This document shows, piece by piece, positions 35,785-45,930 of a DNA stretch of 64,000 nt. This DNA comes from Minisyncoccia bacterium (GTDB lineage Bacteria; Patescibacteriota; Minisyncoccia; JACQLN01). Where the stretch lies: assembly GCA_049274895.1 (NCBI GenBank), contig JBASTM010000011.1, forward strand, positions 2,011-66,010, read 5' to 3'. Position 1 is the first letter of the stretch, and the number at the start of each line of letters is the position of its first letter. The notes under the pieces are model-generated. The model searched no databases and had not been told where the DNA came from. It was given only the letters and a program-made list of their open reading frames with translations. The position numbers and the translations under genes are program-made.

Positions 35785-37341
35785 TTAGACAGAAACCCTA
35801 GATATCGCTCCAGAACTCCAGCGCGAACCCATGTTTTCCTTTAGTCTAGCCTCGACGTAATCCCGGCGGTTGACAGTGCGCCAAGCCCATTCTCTTAATT
35901 CCACCAAACGTTCCGGAGACACAGTAGTATTCTTCATGACTGGATTTTTCCAATTCATCAGATCCGGATCAAAACCTGGATCCAGATAACCACTTTTTAT
36001 AGCCGTCTCGTAAAGACAACTGCCTGGGAAAGGGATGGGGATAAAGAACGTGCAGTAATGGGCGCCGGCGTCAACCAACCGTCTACCAAGATCAATACTT
36101 TGGTATATTTCGGCTTCCGTCTCATCAGGAAAGCCAATCATCATATTGATCGGGCAGACAATACCGACCTCAACAGCCGTCTCAACCAGCTTGACCACAT
36201 CTGTTCTGGAGTGGTCCAGTTTAGCTGTGGCATATTTATCAAGTATACGTTGGGAGGCCGACTCAACCGGGAAAACAATAACACTAAACCCGGCTGCTTT
36301 GAGTAACTCCAAGTAATCCCGATCAATCTCCAACCCGCCTCTCTTCGACTTTACAAAAAGATGAACCAAGTTGACACCATTGACGTTAGCTATAATCAAA
36401 CCTCTACTGACCACTTGTTCAAATATAGCTTTCACACGCCATTTTTTGGCGAGCATACTATCATCCTCAAAATATAGCTTTTTTATACCCAGATCTTGAA
36501 TCCTATCTATTTCAGAAATAACCCGCTCTACTGATTTGAGCCGCAAAGAACCAATGTCACCACTAAATCCCGATTCATCTTTCTCTGTAGAAATGTGGCA
36601 ATACGTACATCTAAAAGGACAACCCCGCGAGGTCATGATCGGAGCATATCGGTGCTGACCATGAGTAGAAATATCGCCATGAGGAGCCGCTATTTTTTCA
36701 TATTTATCGAGGGGTAATAGCTCCCAAGCCGGCACCGGCAACTGGTCCAAGTCAGTGATTACTGTATCCACCTGCGGTGGGGTAAGTTTATAACCATTAG
36801 CACCATTTCTACAGACGGTCCCCGGAACACCCTTAAGTGACTCTCCCTTGCTCCATTTCTGGACAATATCCACCACTACACGCTCACCCTCGGTGGTGCA
36901 GATTAAGTCTATGGAACTGGAAGACATAAGGCGCGGCACCATGTTGCGGGCATTAACTCCGCCGGTAATAACCAAAGCATCCGGATTCACCTCCCGAACC
37001 AAATGTGCCATTTCCAAAACCATACGGGTTTGGGGTGTAAAATTGGAATTTATACCCACAACATTATAGCCGCCTCTTGATACAACTTCACGAATACGCT
37101 CCGGCGACATACCTATACGCATCAAACCATTAGGTTGTCTAACTACTCTTCGAAACGTATCATCCAGACTATCTCCAGGCCCACCAACTGAAGCATCAAG
37201 CACATCAACTTCAAAACCAGCATCTCTTAATGCTCCAGCCAAATATAGAGGACCTAAAGAACCATCCGGACGGGGTGTTTCTATATCCATCAGCTGGTTC
37301 GGCGGATAGACCAAAAGAACCTTAGGTTCCTTCAATAGCAT
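35785..37341 (-). CDS. B12-binding domain radical SAM protein
   Basis: 518 aa. The N-terminal region is cobalamin-binding-like (KVLLVYPP). The CxxxCxxC motif is GCPFRCTYC. Confidence 0.7.
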   Translation of the reverse strand: MLLKEPKVLLVYPPNQLMDIETPRPDGSLGPLYLAGALRDAGFEVDVLDASVGGPGDSLDDTFRRVVRQPNGLMRIGMSPERIREVVSRGGYNVVGINSNFTPQTRMVLEMAHLVREVNPDALVITGGVNARNMVPRLMSSSSIDLICTTEGERVVVDIVQKWSKGESLKGVPGTVCRNGANGYKLTPPQVDTVITDLDQLPVPAWELLPLDKYEKIAAPHGDISTHGQHRYAPIMTSRGCPFRCTYCHISTEKDESGFSGDIGSLRLKSVERVISEIDRIQDLGIKKLYFEDDSMLAKKWRVKAIFEQVVSRGLIIANVNGVNLVHLFVKSKRGGLEIDRDYLELLKAAGFSVIVFPVESASQRILDKYATAKLDHSRTDVVKLVETAVEVGIVCPINMMIGFPDETEAEIYQSIDLGRRLVDAGAHYCTFFIPIPFPGSCLYETAIKSGYLDPGFDPDLMNWKNPVMKNTTVSPERLVELREWAWRTVNRRDYVEARLKENMGSRWSSGAISRVSV

Positions 37342-37475
37342 TGAGTTTCTCCTTTTTTGTATTACAACTGGTTAATTTTAAGGTACCATCCAGATAATAA
37401 CAACTCTGGCTGTCAATATCAACAACCTTAAACCAAGTAAAAAAACCCACCCAGATTACGGGCAGGTTTATAAAA

Positions 37476-37658
37476 TCAATCCCTCTTGATTCTTTTGGTC
37501 GTGGATATCAAAACCCCAGAAACATCATCAAAAACATAATCCCCCACCAGAATTTGATGGGTAGATACCGGTACCAATACTCCAGAAACATCATCGGCCA
37601 CAAAATTCGCCTCGGTCTTTTTATTATGAGGATCGAGGATGGCTTTACAACCACTCAT
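37476..37658 (-). CDS. Small hypothetical protein with an internal DDVSGVL repeat
   Basis: 60 aa from ATG 37658. A strong SD (AAAGGTGG) sits 5 nt upstream. The ORF-track GTG start is at 37667. It lies between the GHMP kinase and radical SAM genes. Confidence 0.45.
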   Translation of the reverse strand: MSGCKAILDPHNKKTEANFVADDVSGVLVPVSTHQILVGDYVFDDVSGVLISTTKRIKRD

Positions 37659-37704
37659 TTGTGCCACCTTTCTTTGTTGGTCTAATTAAAGAACTTTGAC
37701 CAGA

Positions 37705-38685
37705 TTAAAAATCAATTCTGGCCACCCTGGTACCTTTATAGTCTATACCGAAATCAATAGGTTTAAAACCGAGATCTACCATGGTTTCTTTTAGTCTCAA
37801 TACTCCTTCTTGATCGGCACAACAAAAAAGGAAATAACCGCCTCCACCGGCACCGATCAATTTACCGCCCAATGCCCCATTCTCGAGTGCAGAGTTATAA
37901 ATAACATCAAATTCCGGCGAGCTGATTCGGTCGGACATCTCCCGTTTGATTCGCCAATGCTCGTCCATAAGGCAACCAAAATCGAAAATATTCCCCCGTT
38001 CGAAAGCCTTAAGCACCTGCCGCCCAATGACTTTGGTGCGATGCTTCAACTTAAGAGCTTTTTGACGATCTTGGTCGCGCAACACTTCCACGCTCTCACG
38101 CCGCACTCCTGTATAAAAGAGTAAAGAGCACGAAACAAACTGGCGCACAGTACCGGGACTGATGTTTGGATGGTACCACCTAACCGATTGGTCAGTTCCG
38201 ATCTCCAAGACCGTGAAACCACCCAAAGCGGCTAGATACGGATCTTGCTTGCCGTCGGGCAAACCCAAGGCCTGGGTTATCCGGAAGGCGCCTTCGGCCA
38301 AGTCAGTCTGTGATTTTTGAACGCCCTTAAAATTCCACAAGACGTTCAAGAGACCGACAGCGCAGCTACCGGAAGAACCAAGGCCGGTGCCCATTGGCGT
38401 GTCGGCGTGGAAATAAATACTAACCGCCTTTTTGACGCCAGCAAGCTTTAAGGCCTCCCGACCAATGGTATGCTCGACTTCATCCACAATATCAACCGAT
38501 TCGAACTTAAGATATTGAAGTTCTATCTTCTCCGAAACACCAATCCAGGGCCGGCGCGCGAATATATCCATGAACATATTGATGGCGACACCAAAGATAA
38601 AACCGCCGTATTTTTCGCAATAGGAGGGCAAATCGGTGCCGCCGCCCCCCAAAGAAATCCTGAACGGGGTCCGAGACATCAGCAT
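37705..38685 (-). CDS. GHMP-family sugar kinase
   Basis: 326 aa with the GHMP ATP-binding motif PMGTGLGSSGSCAVG. Confidence 0.75.
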   Translation of the reverse strand: MLMSRTPFRISLGGGGTDLPSYCEKYGGFIFGVAINMFMDIFARRPWIGVSEKIELQYLKFESVDIVDEVEHTIGREALKLAGVKKAVSIYFHADTPMGTGLGSSGSCAVGLLNVLWNFKGVQKSQTDLAEGAFRITQALGLPDGKQDPYLAALGGFTVLEIGTDQSVRWYHPNISPGTVRQFVSCSLLFYTGVRRESVEVLRDQDRQKALKLKHRTKVIGRQVLKAFERGNIFDFGCLMDEHWRIKREMSDRISSPEFDVIYNSALENGALGGKLIGAGGGGYFLFCCADQEGVLRLKETMVDLGFKPIDFGIDYKGTRVARIDF

Positions 38686-38791
38686 GGTATCCTCCTTTTT
38701 TGTTTTTAAGTCAAAGAACCACCCTGTTAAAACTAATCTTATTCACTTTAAGTTGCAACGATTCATAACTTAGTAATACTAATGGTAAATA

Positions 38792-40663
38792 TCATTTTAG
38801 GAAATCATAAATCTCTACATTGGTATTTTTGTATTCAATTTTTAAATCGTGAAATGTCAAAGTTTTAGGATTAACCAATTGCTTTTCCCAAGGTCCGTAA
38901 TAAATATAATCCCCTCCAAGAGTTTTAATATCAACGCTTGATCCATTATAAATTTTTAAAAGTTTGCCAGCATGGCTTTCAAAAATATATCTAAATACTG
39001 TTTTATTTTCTCCCTCTTGGCCGCGTTTGTAGTACTGCCCGTAAAGATTCCTCATGTTTTTTAAAAGGTTCTGGGCGCGGTGAAAATCTTTTTCTTCACA
39101 AACGTTATCACACAACTCCACCGGGTCGGCCTTCATTATTTTAGCTAAAAAATCCGGATCTACACCGAAAAACTTGTATGTTTCCAAAAAGCGTTCTTCT
39201 AGAACACTATTGGCCTCGCCACTGTTTACACCCACTGCCAAAAACGGGCGAGCGGAGGTGTGGTTGTTTAGATATATCGAAGTCACAAAAGACGGCGAAA
39301 CCACAACCGGTTCGAACGGCAAATTATCATTCATCCAATTCCAAGAATCCGTTACGGAACGGCTGAAGCTGTACTCTTTTAAAATAGCGGGCGGAGAGTT
39401 TAAAAAAACAAGAACATTATTAATTTTCTTGGTGACCAAGAAAAAACAAAGAATCATCAAAATAACCGCCATACCCCTAACAATCTTAGCGTCTCTAACA
39501 AGTTCATAAAAAGAATGAAACAAAATTATAAAAATAAAAGGGCTTATGGCTCTAAACCAATGATCGGGCTGCGGCACAAAACCTGTCACAAGTTGCACCA
39601 ACCAGATTAAGCTCATGGCCGCCGTAAAAATCCAATACAAAACAGCTGTTTTGGAATTACGCCAGTAAAAAACCAAATAAACGACAAAAGCCAGTAAAAG
39701 ATAAAAAAGATAATCGAAGTAAAATGGCGACGGATCGACGACATCAATTCTTCGCCCTTCGGTGATGCCCCAACGGTTAGCTATGTCGTTCGACCAAGGC
39801 AAAGAATTAAAAGAAAAATAATTGACCCAATAAGGAATTGTGACCACAACCACCGCCGCCAAAACCGTTATTACCTCGGGTAAAAGTTTAGGATATTTTT
39901 TCCTGGCGGCGAAAGCATAAACCAAAATAAAACCAAGCACTAGGCTGACAAAAACCCAGTAATGAAAATAAGTGTAAAACATAAGTCCAACAACGAGACC
40001 TAAACTAACTGCCAAGCCACGACTCGGACGGCGCCAAAACAAAAGTAACAAGGTTAAAACAGGCAAAAGAACCAAATAGGTCAACATAGGATCCAACGTC
40101 CGAGCTAAAAATAAATCCGTTAGAGGGGTTTTTATGGCTGGATAAAAATTTTTTAAAACAACATCGGAAAATAAATTAATATTTTTAAAAGCATAAGGTA
40201 GATATTTAAAAACTGGAGTCAAAACACCTATCATTCCCATAAAATAAGCCCATAACTTATTTCCAGTTATTACCTTGCCTAACCAATAGAACAGTAAAAA
40301 AAGAATTGGCGGAATAATAAAATGAGCAAATAAATATGATGCGTTAACGTCAGCTTCAAATAAACCCATGAAACCAGCCATAATGATCATGGGAATGGGA
40401 AAGGGACCGAATGGAGAAGGATTGTTGTTATTAAAATGTAGATCGTTAGGCGGAAAATTGCCTTCGTATATTTCCCGGTAGCGGGCTATGGCGCCGTAAG
40501 CCTCATCGCTGTGATGAGAAAGCTGAACGGCTTCATACGGTAAATTTAAATTATCCAATTCTCGCCAAATCAAAATGCTTGGCAGAAAATACAAAAAACC
40601 GATCATTATGGAAGATAAAGATAAAAAACAAACCCATTTGCAACTTAACTTTGCTTTATTCAT
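38792..40663 (-). CDS. Large polytopic membrane protein, paralog A (GT-C-like putative membrane glycosyltransferase/polymerase)
   Basis: 623 aa with at least 12 TM helices. It shares motifs with the next gene: an N-terminal Y..G.FPP.D..FN, a central FYTYFHYWV, and a C-terminal Y(I/V)YYGPWEKQ. Confidence 0.45.
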   Translation of the reverse strand: MNKAKLSCKWVCFLSLSSIMIGFLYFLPSILIWRELDNLNLPYEAVQLSHHSDEAYGAIARYREIYEGNFPPNDLHFNNNNPSPFGPFPIPMIIMAGFMGLFEADVNASYLFAHFIIPPILFLLFYWLGKVITGNKLWAYFMGMIGVLTPVFKYLPYAFKNINLFSDVVLKNFYPAIKTPLTDLFLARTLDPMLTYLVLLPVLTLLLLFWRRPSRGLAVSLGLVVGLMFYTYFHYWVFVSLVLGFILVYAFAARKKYPKLLPEVITVLAAVVVVTIPYWVNYFSFNSLPWSNDIANRWGITEGRRIDVVDPSPFYFDYLFYLLLAFVVYLVFYWRNSKTAVLYWIFTAAMSLIWLVQLVTGFVPQPDHWFRAISPFIFIILFHSFYELVRDAKIVRGMAVILMILCFFLVTKKINNVLVFLNSPPAILKEYSFSRSVTDSWNWMNDNLPFEPVVVSPSFVTSIYLNNHTSARPFLAVGVNSGEANSVLEERFLETYKFFGVDPDFLAKIMKADPVELCDNVCEEKDFHRAQNLLKNMRNLYGQYYKRGQEGENKTVFRYIFESHAGKLLKIYNGSSVDIKTLGGDYIYYGPWEKQLVNPKTLTFHDLKIEYKNTNVEIYDFLK

Positions 40664-42555
40664 TTATTTATTTTGTAAATGGACACATTGGGAGAAAAAT
40701 AAATCGAAGAAAGTTTTTTATTGCTTCTAAAATCAGGTCGACTGAATTGTTTTTCCCATGGCCCGTAATAAACGTAATCGGCAGATAAATCGCCAAAGGT
40801 CGGCATAGGTAAAGTCTTATATTTTTCGGTTAGTTTATTTAAATAATCTTCGGACATAAAACTATCGCCTTTGAGCACGGACTTACCCTTGGAAAAATAA
40901 TTTATGTATAAAAATCTATTACTTTTATTAAGATTCATCCAGCCGTCCTTAGGACATGGTTCGGTACAAGTAACTTCTTTTTCCGAAAGACGATTCTTAA
41001 ATACTTCGGTTGTAACGTCGAAAAACTTATTGGCCGCCAAAAATCTATCCTCCAATCTAGCCATGGGCATGGCCGAAGCAAACCCGGCCGCAAGATAAGG
41101 ACGGCTGGAAGTGTAAGATGCTAAATAAACGGAAGAAACCGGCGAAGAAGACAATAATTTCGGCTCGTGGGGCAAATTTATGTCTATCCAAGACCAAGAC
41201 GAACTGACACTGGAATCAAAATAATACGATTTTAGAACTTCTTCGTTGGGATTTGCCAACTTGATTATATTCACAATTTTTTTTGTGGGTATAACTAAAA
41301 CAAGAAAAATAACAACTAAATTTATTATTTTTTTAAACAGGATTTTTGTCGAAATCTTTTTTAACAAATCGTGAAAAATTACAAACAACATAAAAAAAAC
41401 AATAAAAGCCGCCGCTTTGGTGGCCTGTCCTGGAACAGGCATAAAACCGGTTAAAAACTGCAAGTTTCCCGACAAAACCATCCCCGCCGAGCAAATTAAA
41501 AACAAAATCATCTTGTCTTTTTCGCGTTTTCTGTAAAGGAAATAAGAAATAACTGCCAACACAATATAGACCGGGTACCGCCAACGAAATTGAGTAAAAA
41601 TACCCAAAGACCTACCCTCGGCTACCCCGTAGCGATATACGAAATCTTTGTAATCGGCCAGCTGCGAGGTTTGAAAATAGTTAAAGGCGTAAGGTAAAGT
41701 CACAAGAATCAAAGAGATTCCCAATAAAATAAAATTGAAAAATCTTTCGCGGTTGTTATTCCGATCGTAAACCGAATACAAAAAAAGCATACCTATGACC
41801 AGCGTGACATAAACCCAATAATGAAAATACGTGTAAAACAAAAAACCTGAAGCCACACCGGCTAAGACCGCGTAAATTTTTAAAGGTTTAAACCAAAACT
41901 TGAACAAAAAACCAAAAGAAGCGATTAAAAACGGCAACGTAAGAAGAGGATCGTCGATTCTGGCCAAATATAACTTATGCACTGGAGTGTCTACTAGCGG
42001 CACAAATTGCTTTACCACAACACTCAAAAAACCAATAATCCCGTTTAAATTCATATCGTCCACACCCCAACGGTAAAACCAAAAAGCCAGAGGCGTAAGA
42101 GATCCGCTAAAAGCAAAAAACAACCTCCAATTTAGGGATTCAAAAAATATTTTTGATAACAAATATAAACCCGCGAATATGACGATGGAAAATAAAAATT
42201 GGGCGCTGAGATAGGCTAAGTTCGTATCGCCGTTCCATAAGAAAAAAAACGCCGAAAAAACGAGAGGCGGCAGATGATTTAATACCGTCGGCCTTTGTTC
42301 GTTAAAATAAGCGTCTTGGGGCGGAAAATGACCGTCGTAAACCTCGTGGGCCCGCGGCAAATAATCTTTAAGCTCATCTTTGTAAGTTTCCAATTGAGCC
42401 AAAACAAAAGAGCTGTCCGAATGATTGAAATTTTTCCAAATTAAAAAAGGCGGTAAAAAGTAAAACAGGGCAACAACAACGCCCAATATCGCGACCATTA
42501 ATGTCTCAGCGTATTTTTTTGAAAAATTCACGTTATTTTGGCAACATGGAAACAA
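40660..42555 (-). CDS. Large polytopic membrane protein, paralog B (GT-C-like)
   Basis: 631 aa with the same motif set as paralog A. ATGA overlap with paralog A. Confidence 0.45.
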   Translation of the reverse strand: MFPCCQNNVNFSKKYAETLMVAILGVVVALFYFLPPFLIWKNFNHSDSSFVLAQLETYKDELKDYLPRAHEVYDGHFPPQDAYFNEQRPTVLNHLPPLVFSAFFFLWNGDTNLAYLSAQFLFSIVIFAGLYLLSKIFFESLNWRLFFAFSGSLTPLAFWFYRWGVDDMNLNGIIGFLSVVVKQFVPLVDTPVHKLYLARIDDPLLTLPFLIASFGFLFKFWFKPLKIYAVLAGVASGFLFYTYFHYWVYVTLVIGMLFLYSVYDRNNNRERFFNFILLGISLILVTLPYAFNYFQTSQLADYKDFVYRYGVAEGRSLGIFTQFRWRYPVYIVLAVISYFLYRKREKDKMILFLICSAGMVLSGNLQFLTGFMPVPGQATKAAAFIVFFMLFVIFHDLLKKISTKILFKKIINLVVIFLVLVIPTKKIVNIIKLANPNEEVLKSYYFDSSVSSSWSWIDINLPHEPKLLSSSPVSSVYLASYTSSRPYLAAGFASAMPMARLEDRFLAANKFFDVTTEVFKNRLSEKEVTCTEPCPKDGWMNLNKSNRFLYINYFSKGKSVLKGDSFMSEDYLNKLTEKYKTLPMPTFGDLSADYVYYGPWEKQFSRPDFRSNKKLSSIYFSPNVSIYKINK

Positions 42556-43909
42556 TAAACTTCCCTATTCTCAAACCGGAAGATCCGTCGAACTTATAAG
42601 CCTGTTCGCGAAGAAAACGCTCTCTGCCGTCTTTGTCTATTTGAGGATTATTTAGATATAAATTAATGTTTTTTACCAATTCATCTTGGTTTTCGGCTAC
42701 TCTGCAACAATTTGTCTTTAACATTTTTTTAACATGATCGTAATATTTAACAAAACGACCAACACTCGAAAGATCGTCTTTTTTTTCGAAGCCGTCGAAA
42801 GAAACGCAAACTACAGGTTTATCAAAACAAACCGCGTCAATAATTAAGCTGGAAGCGTAAACCACAACCAAATCGCTATGAAACAAAGAATCGGCCAACT
42901 TAATGGTTTCTTTGTTCGTAACTTCCTTGTCGGAAAAACTGCCTTCTTTAAAAGAAACACCCGTTTCGTAAATAAAAAAACGCTTCGAAGGAAGGAAGTA
43001 ATCCAATTCCACTTTGTCGTTGGGAGGCAATCTCACTAAAAATCTTACATCGTCGGGCAAAGAACCTTCGTTTGACTTATTTTTAAGTATTTCCAAAATT
43101 TGCCAATCGGTTTCAATAAAACGTTTACCCAAGGGCCCTAAAAAAACAAGCCGACAAGACGGATCAAAGCCTATATTTTTAAAAAAATCCAGCCTGGAAA
43201 TTCGAGGTTCGTTAAAATAATAATCTAATTGAGGCATTCCGCCGACGAATATATTGCCGCTTTTCATCCCCTGATACTTAACGACTTCCGATTTTATCGT
43301 TTCGTTGTGAACAATAAGCTTGTCGGGAGTAAAACGAAACAAACCCTTGTTGGTTATGTTATCCCATGATCTAACCATTCCTACAACAGTAATTCCACTT
43401 TTTTTCGCTTCGGCCAACAAATTTATGTCGCTGTTGTGAAAAATATCGGTGCAAAAAACAAGATCGGGTTCATACTTTTCAAAAAAAGGTTTAAAAAAAA
43501 CGCTGTTTATGGAAATATGGTCTAAAAACCTGGCCAGAGACTTAACGCCCGGAATTTTGCTGGCAAAATAAGCCAAAAATCTGGAGAGGATATAAGCAAA
43601 AAAATCTTTATCTTGAGACAACTTTCGTTTTTGATGTAAAAATCTTGTTTTGGTGTTTAAAAGCGATCCCGACAGATACCTAAAAATAATTCCTTGTTTG
43701 CGTACGGGCAAATCTTTTATTCCTTCTATTAAAACATTCTCGCTCGCGAAATTTTTAACAAAATAATCTTTCTTGTAATCCGGGCAAAAAATAACTATCC
43801 GGCAATCGGCCGTTTTTTTTATTGCTTCTAAAACATCAGATTCCAGTATGTTTCTGGAAATAAATGGATTAAAACTGGTTATAAATATTGTTCGCATAAT
43901 ATTGAGCAA
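42533..43909 (-). CDS. CDP-glycerol glycerophosphotransferase-like (TagB/TagF family), paralog 2
   Basis: 458 aa with GMVRSWDNIT...GGMPQLDYYF. Confidence 0.55.
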   Translation of the reverse strand: MLNIMRTIFITSFNPFISRNILESDVLEAIKKTADCRIVIFCPDYKKDYFVKNFASENVLIEGIKDLPVRKQGIIFRYLSGSLLNTKTRFLHQKRKLSQDKDFFAYILSRFLAYFASKIPGVKSLARFLDHISINSVFFKPFFEKYEPDLVFCTDIFHNSDINLLAEAKKSGITVVGMVRSWDNITNKGLFRFTPDKLIVHNETIKSEVVKYQGMKSGNIFVGGMPQLDYYFNEPRISRLDFFKNIGFDPSCRLVFLGPLGKRFIETDWQILEILKNKSNEGSLPDDVRFLVRLPPNDKVELDYFLPSKRFFIYETGVSFKEGSFSDKEVTNKETIKLADSLFHSDLVVVYASSLIIDAVCFDKPVVCVSFDGFEKKDDLSSVGRFVKYYDHVKKMLKTNCCRVAENQDELVKNINLYLNNPQIDKDGRERFLREQAYKFDGSSGLRIGKFIVSMLPK

Positions 43910-44966
43910 CTTTATTCCAACTCATCGACTTAGCAAAATCGATCGAAGCTCTAGACAATTTTTCTTTAAGACCAATATCGCCAATTATGGATAAAATAGC
44001 TTCAGCTGCTTTTTTTCCATCATTAGTTGGAACCAAAAATCCGTTTATTCCGTTTTTCACCGCGTCTTCGGCACTTGTATTCAAAGTTGCTATAATAGGC
44101 AGACCATAAACAGCAGCTTCCAGAAACACCAAACCAAAACCTTCAATATCTTTACCGTCGTCTTGAGGCAATAAAATAAACAACTCGGCGGCGTGATATA
44201 ACGCAATTAAAAAGTCTTCTTCGACCTTGTCAAAAAAAACCACCTTGTTTTCAATTTTGAGATTTGACATTTGATATTTAAGATTATCCTTTTCCGGTCC
44301 TTTACCCACAATGACGTATTTTAATTCGGGAAATTGTTTGGATATTCGGGCGAAAGTTTCAATCGAATACTCGTACCCTTTTCTTTTTTTTAACGTTCCC
44401 ACGCTTAAAATATACGGCTTTAAATCGGTAATTTGCTTGCCCTCCGTAACTTTACCGCGTCCTTCCGAAGTCTTGGACGAAGTAGGAGCGAAGGAGGAAA
44501 ATTTTTCAAAATCCACCCCATGATTTATAACCTCGATTTTTAAGTTGGGAATGATTTTTAAAATTTCTTTTTTGGTGTTATTACTTATAGCCACAACCTT
44601 GTCGGCTTTTTTGTAGGCCCAAATCATGAGGGTTTTTTTAAAAAAGCGGTACAGCGGCTGAACCGCTCCCGTGCCTATCGCCGTAATAACTATTTTTTTT
44701 CTAAGGCCAACAGAAAAAGCGGTAGCTATGAATCCGTAAGGCCAGCCGTCTAAGGCGTGAATAACTTCGCTTTGGCTGAAAATTCCGCGTATTTTAAAAA
44801 AATTAAAAAGTAAGGATACAAATCCTCCGGAAAGAATGTCCATCGAGGTTAAAATTTTAAATTCCCAATCGGGGTTTTCCTTCTTTAAGGCTCGCGAAAA
44901 AGACAACCAAAAACTGCCGGAGCCGGTATTTGGTTTTAGATTGTGGTTAAGGAAGCATATTTTCAT
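43869..44966 (-). CDS. GT4 (GT1-fold) glycosyltransferase
   Basis: 365 aa with EGFGLVFLEAAVYGLPIIAT. Confidence 0.8.
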   Translation of the reverse strand: MKICFLNHNLKPNTGSGSFWLSFSRALKKENPDWEFKILTSMDILSGGFVSLLFNFFKIRGIFSQSEVIHALDGWPYGFIATAFSVGLRKKIVITAIGTGAVQPLYRFFKKTLMIWAYKKADKVVAISNNTKKEILKIIPNLKIEVINHGVDFEKFSSFAPTSSKTSEGRGKVTEGKQITDLKPYILSVGTLKKRKGYEYSIETFARISKQFPELKYVIVGKGPEKDNLKYQMSNLKIENKVVFFDKVEEDFLIALYHAAELFILLPQDDGKDIEGFGLVFLEAAVYGLPIIATLNTSAEDAVKNGINGFLVPTNDGKKAAEAILSIIGDIGLKEKLSRASIDFAKSMSWNKVAQYYANNIYNQF

Positions 44967-45930
44967 AACGATTCAAAAACTTGTAAAACATGTTCCAACA
45001 ATGGAGTTTCCACGGTTTTAGTAACTTAGAAACATCCGAATAGTTGTTTTCACCCAAAAACAAAGAAGAAAAAGGTTTCCGAGAAGATTTTACCGCCACC
45101 AACCTGATATGATTGTTTCTGGGAAAACCTTTCTGCAATGCCAACTCTTTCAAACTCTTACGCGCATCATCCTCAAAAAATATTAAATCGAATCCGGCCG
45201 AGGCCGCGAAATTTTTAAGAACATTGGGTGCAAACATGTAAGGATGATCGATCTGAATCGAATTTAAAATTTTGCCAGATTTTCTCGACTGTAAAATGAA
45301 ATTCTTTACCTCCAGGTATAAAACCCCATTGTCTTTAAGAACGCCGTAAGCCCAAGAAAAAAAGTGGCGCGGATCCAAAAAATGATTGAGTGCTTGGGTG
45401 CAAAAAACATTGTCGGCTTTAACGGGAAAAGTGTCGGTATTTATATCCTCTATCGAGGCCTGTTTCGTTTGAACGTTGTTTTTTAGGGCATGATTACTTT
45501 CATACAAAGAAGGTTCTACACCTAAAATATCGTTACCCAATACGCTTCTTACGCCGCTTAAAAGACCTCCTGTCCCGGATCCAACGTCAATAATCAAGCC
45601 CGGCTTAAAATAACGCCCCAATTTTTCGGCTAAAAATCTTCCTTCTTTAAAGCGTTTTCCAAAAATACTGCTTAATTTATCGTCTTTTAAAATATTTCTC
45701 TTGTTCTTTAAAATATTTTTCGTCCTGTATTCGCCCGTCGAATAATATTCGTCGTACCACTTTTTGGTCATTCTGGGATTAATGAATATGAGCCCGCATT
45801 TTTTGCAAATGCACGTATCTAAATTCAACCCGTCATGAGTCCGCCGAGCTATAATTTCCAAATTGTTACCCAAGCATAAATTACAAGGTAATTGTTCCTT
45901 TAAAGATGTTTCATAATTTAAATTCAACAT
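44947..45930 (-). CDS. Class I SAM methyltransferase with N-terminal Zn-ribbon
   Basis: 327 aa with CNLC...CKKCG and the MT motif IIDVGSGTGGL. Confidence 0.7.
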   Translation of the reverse strand: MLNLNYETSLKEQLPCNLCLGNNLEIIARRTHDGLNLDTCICKKCGLIFINPRMTKKWYDEYYSTGEYRTKNILKNKRNILKDDKLSSIFGKRFKEGRFLAEKLGRYFKPGLIIDVGSGTGGLLSGVRSVLGNDILGVEPSLYESNHALKNNVQTKQASIEDINTDTFPVKADNVFCTQALNHFLDPRHFFSWAYGVLKDNGVLYLEVKNFILQSRKSGKILNSIQIDHPYMFAPNVLKNFAASAGFDLIFFEDDARKSLKELALQKGFPRNNHIRLVAVKSSRKPFSSLFLGENNYSDVSKLLKPWKLHCWNMFYKFLNRYENMLP

